DNA from: Mobula hypostoma
Lineage: Eukaryota
Assembly: GCF_963921235.1 (NCBI RefSeq)
Contig: NC_086097.1
Span: 188,792,001-188,856,000, forward strand
Direction: 5' to 3'
Length of the DNA stretch: 64,000 bases
Positions 63,761 through 64,000 of this stretch are shown piece after piece (position 1 is the first letter of the stretch; the number at the start of each line of letters is the position of its first letter). The position numbers and the translations under genes were made by a program. The notes beneath the pieces were generated by a model. That model made no database searches. It was given only the letters and a program-made list of their open reading frames with translations, and had not been told where the DNA came from.

Positions 63761-64000
63761 GACAAAAAAAAGCTTGTCCTTGTAATTCTTCGTCCCCTGA
63801 ACAGGTGTGTTAAACCGGTACAGTGCGGTGAGCCCTCAACAACTTATTTGTAGCCCCCTGACAGCAATTTTCTGTTGGATATCATGTACAATAAAACAGT
63901 TATTGCCATTGTAAATTAACTGAATCTAAACAATGAACCTCTAAATACACTCAAGATATCTGTACTGGAGCTCTTCAGGGTAGTATCTTGGGCTCAACCA

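Noticed and set aside
1..64000. CRISPR arrays, operons, bona fide tRNA/rRNA genes, and the many antisense ORFs in the ORF track
   Set aside because: This is eukaryotic repeat-rich DNA with no repeat-spacer arrays; tRNA-like pieces are SINE heads and the antisense ORFs are shadows of TE coding sequence

Overview
This is vertebrate genomic DNA, most likely from an elasmobranch (shark/ray), inferred from the mix of V-SINE, CR1, Rex1 and Penelope repeats. It is mostly transposon-rich intergenic sequence downstream of a PSKH-family kinase gene, whose terminal coding exon lies on the minus strand at 61833-62144. That exon is the only host coding sequence I can support. The rest includes many decayed CR1, Rex1/Babar and RTE LINEs (with a triple-nested CR1 stack at 23.1-30.0 kb) and a near-full-length HERO-clade RLE retrotransposon with a 21-bp target-site duplication (TSD). 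A full-length Gypsy element sits inside a CR1 and has a YLDN RT motif and no tRNA primer-binding site (PBS). A 2.2-kb inverted Penelope-like insertion has a 14-bp TSD and minimal hammerhead-ribozyme motifs, and decayed copies of that motif recur across the window. There are also a Helitron 5' fragment, Tc1/mariner/pogo-type MITEs, LTR remnants and a histone H2B pseudogene. Family names come from recognising protein and terminal motifs by eye; no database search was run. Boundaries of old fragments are approximate.
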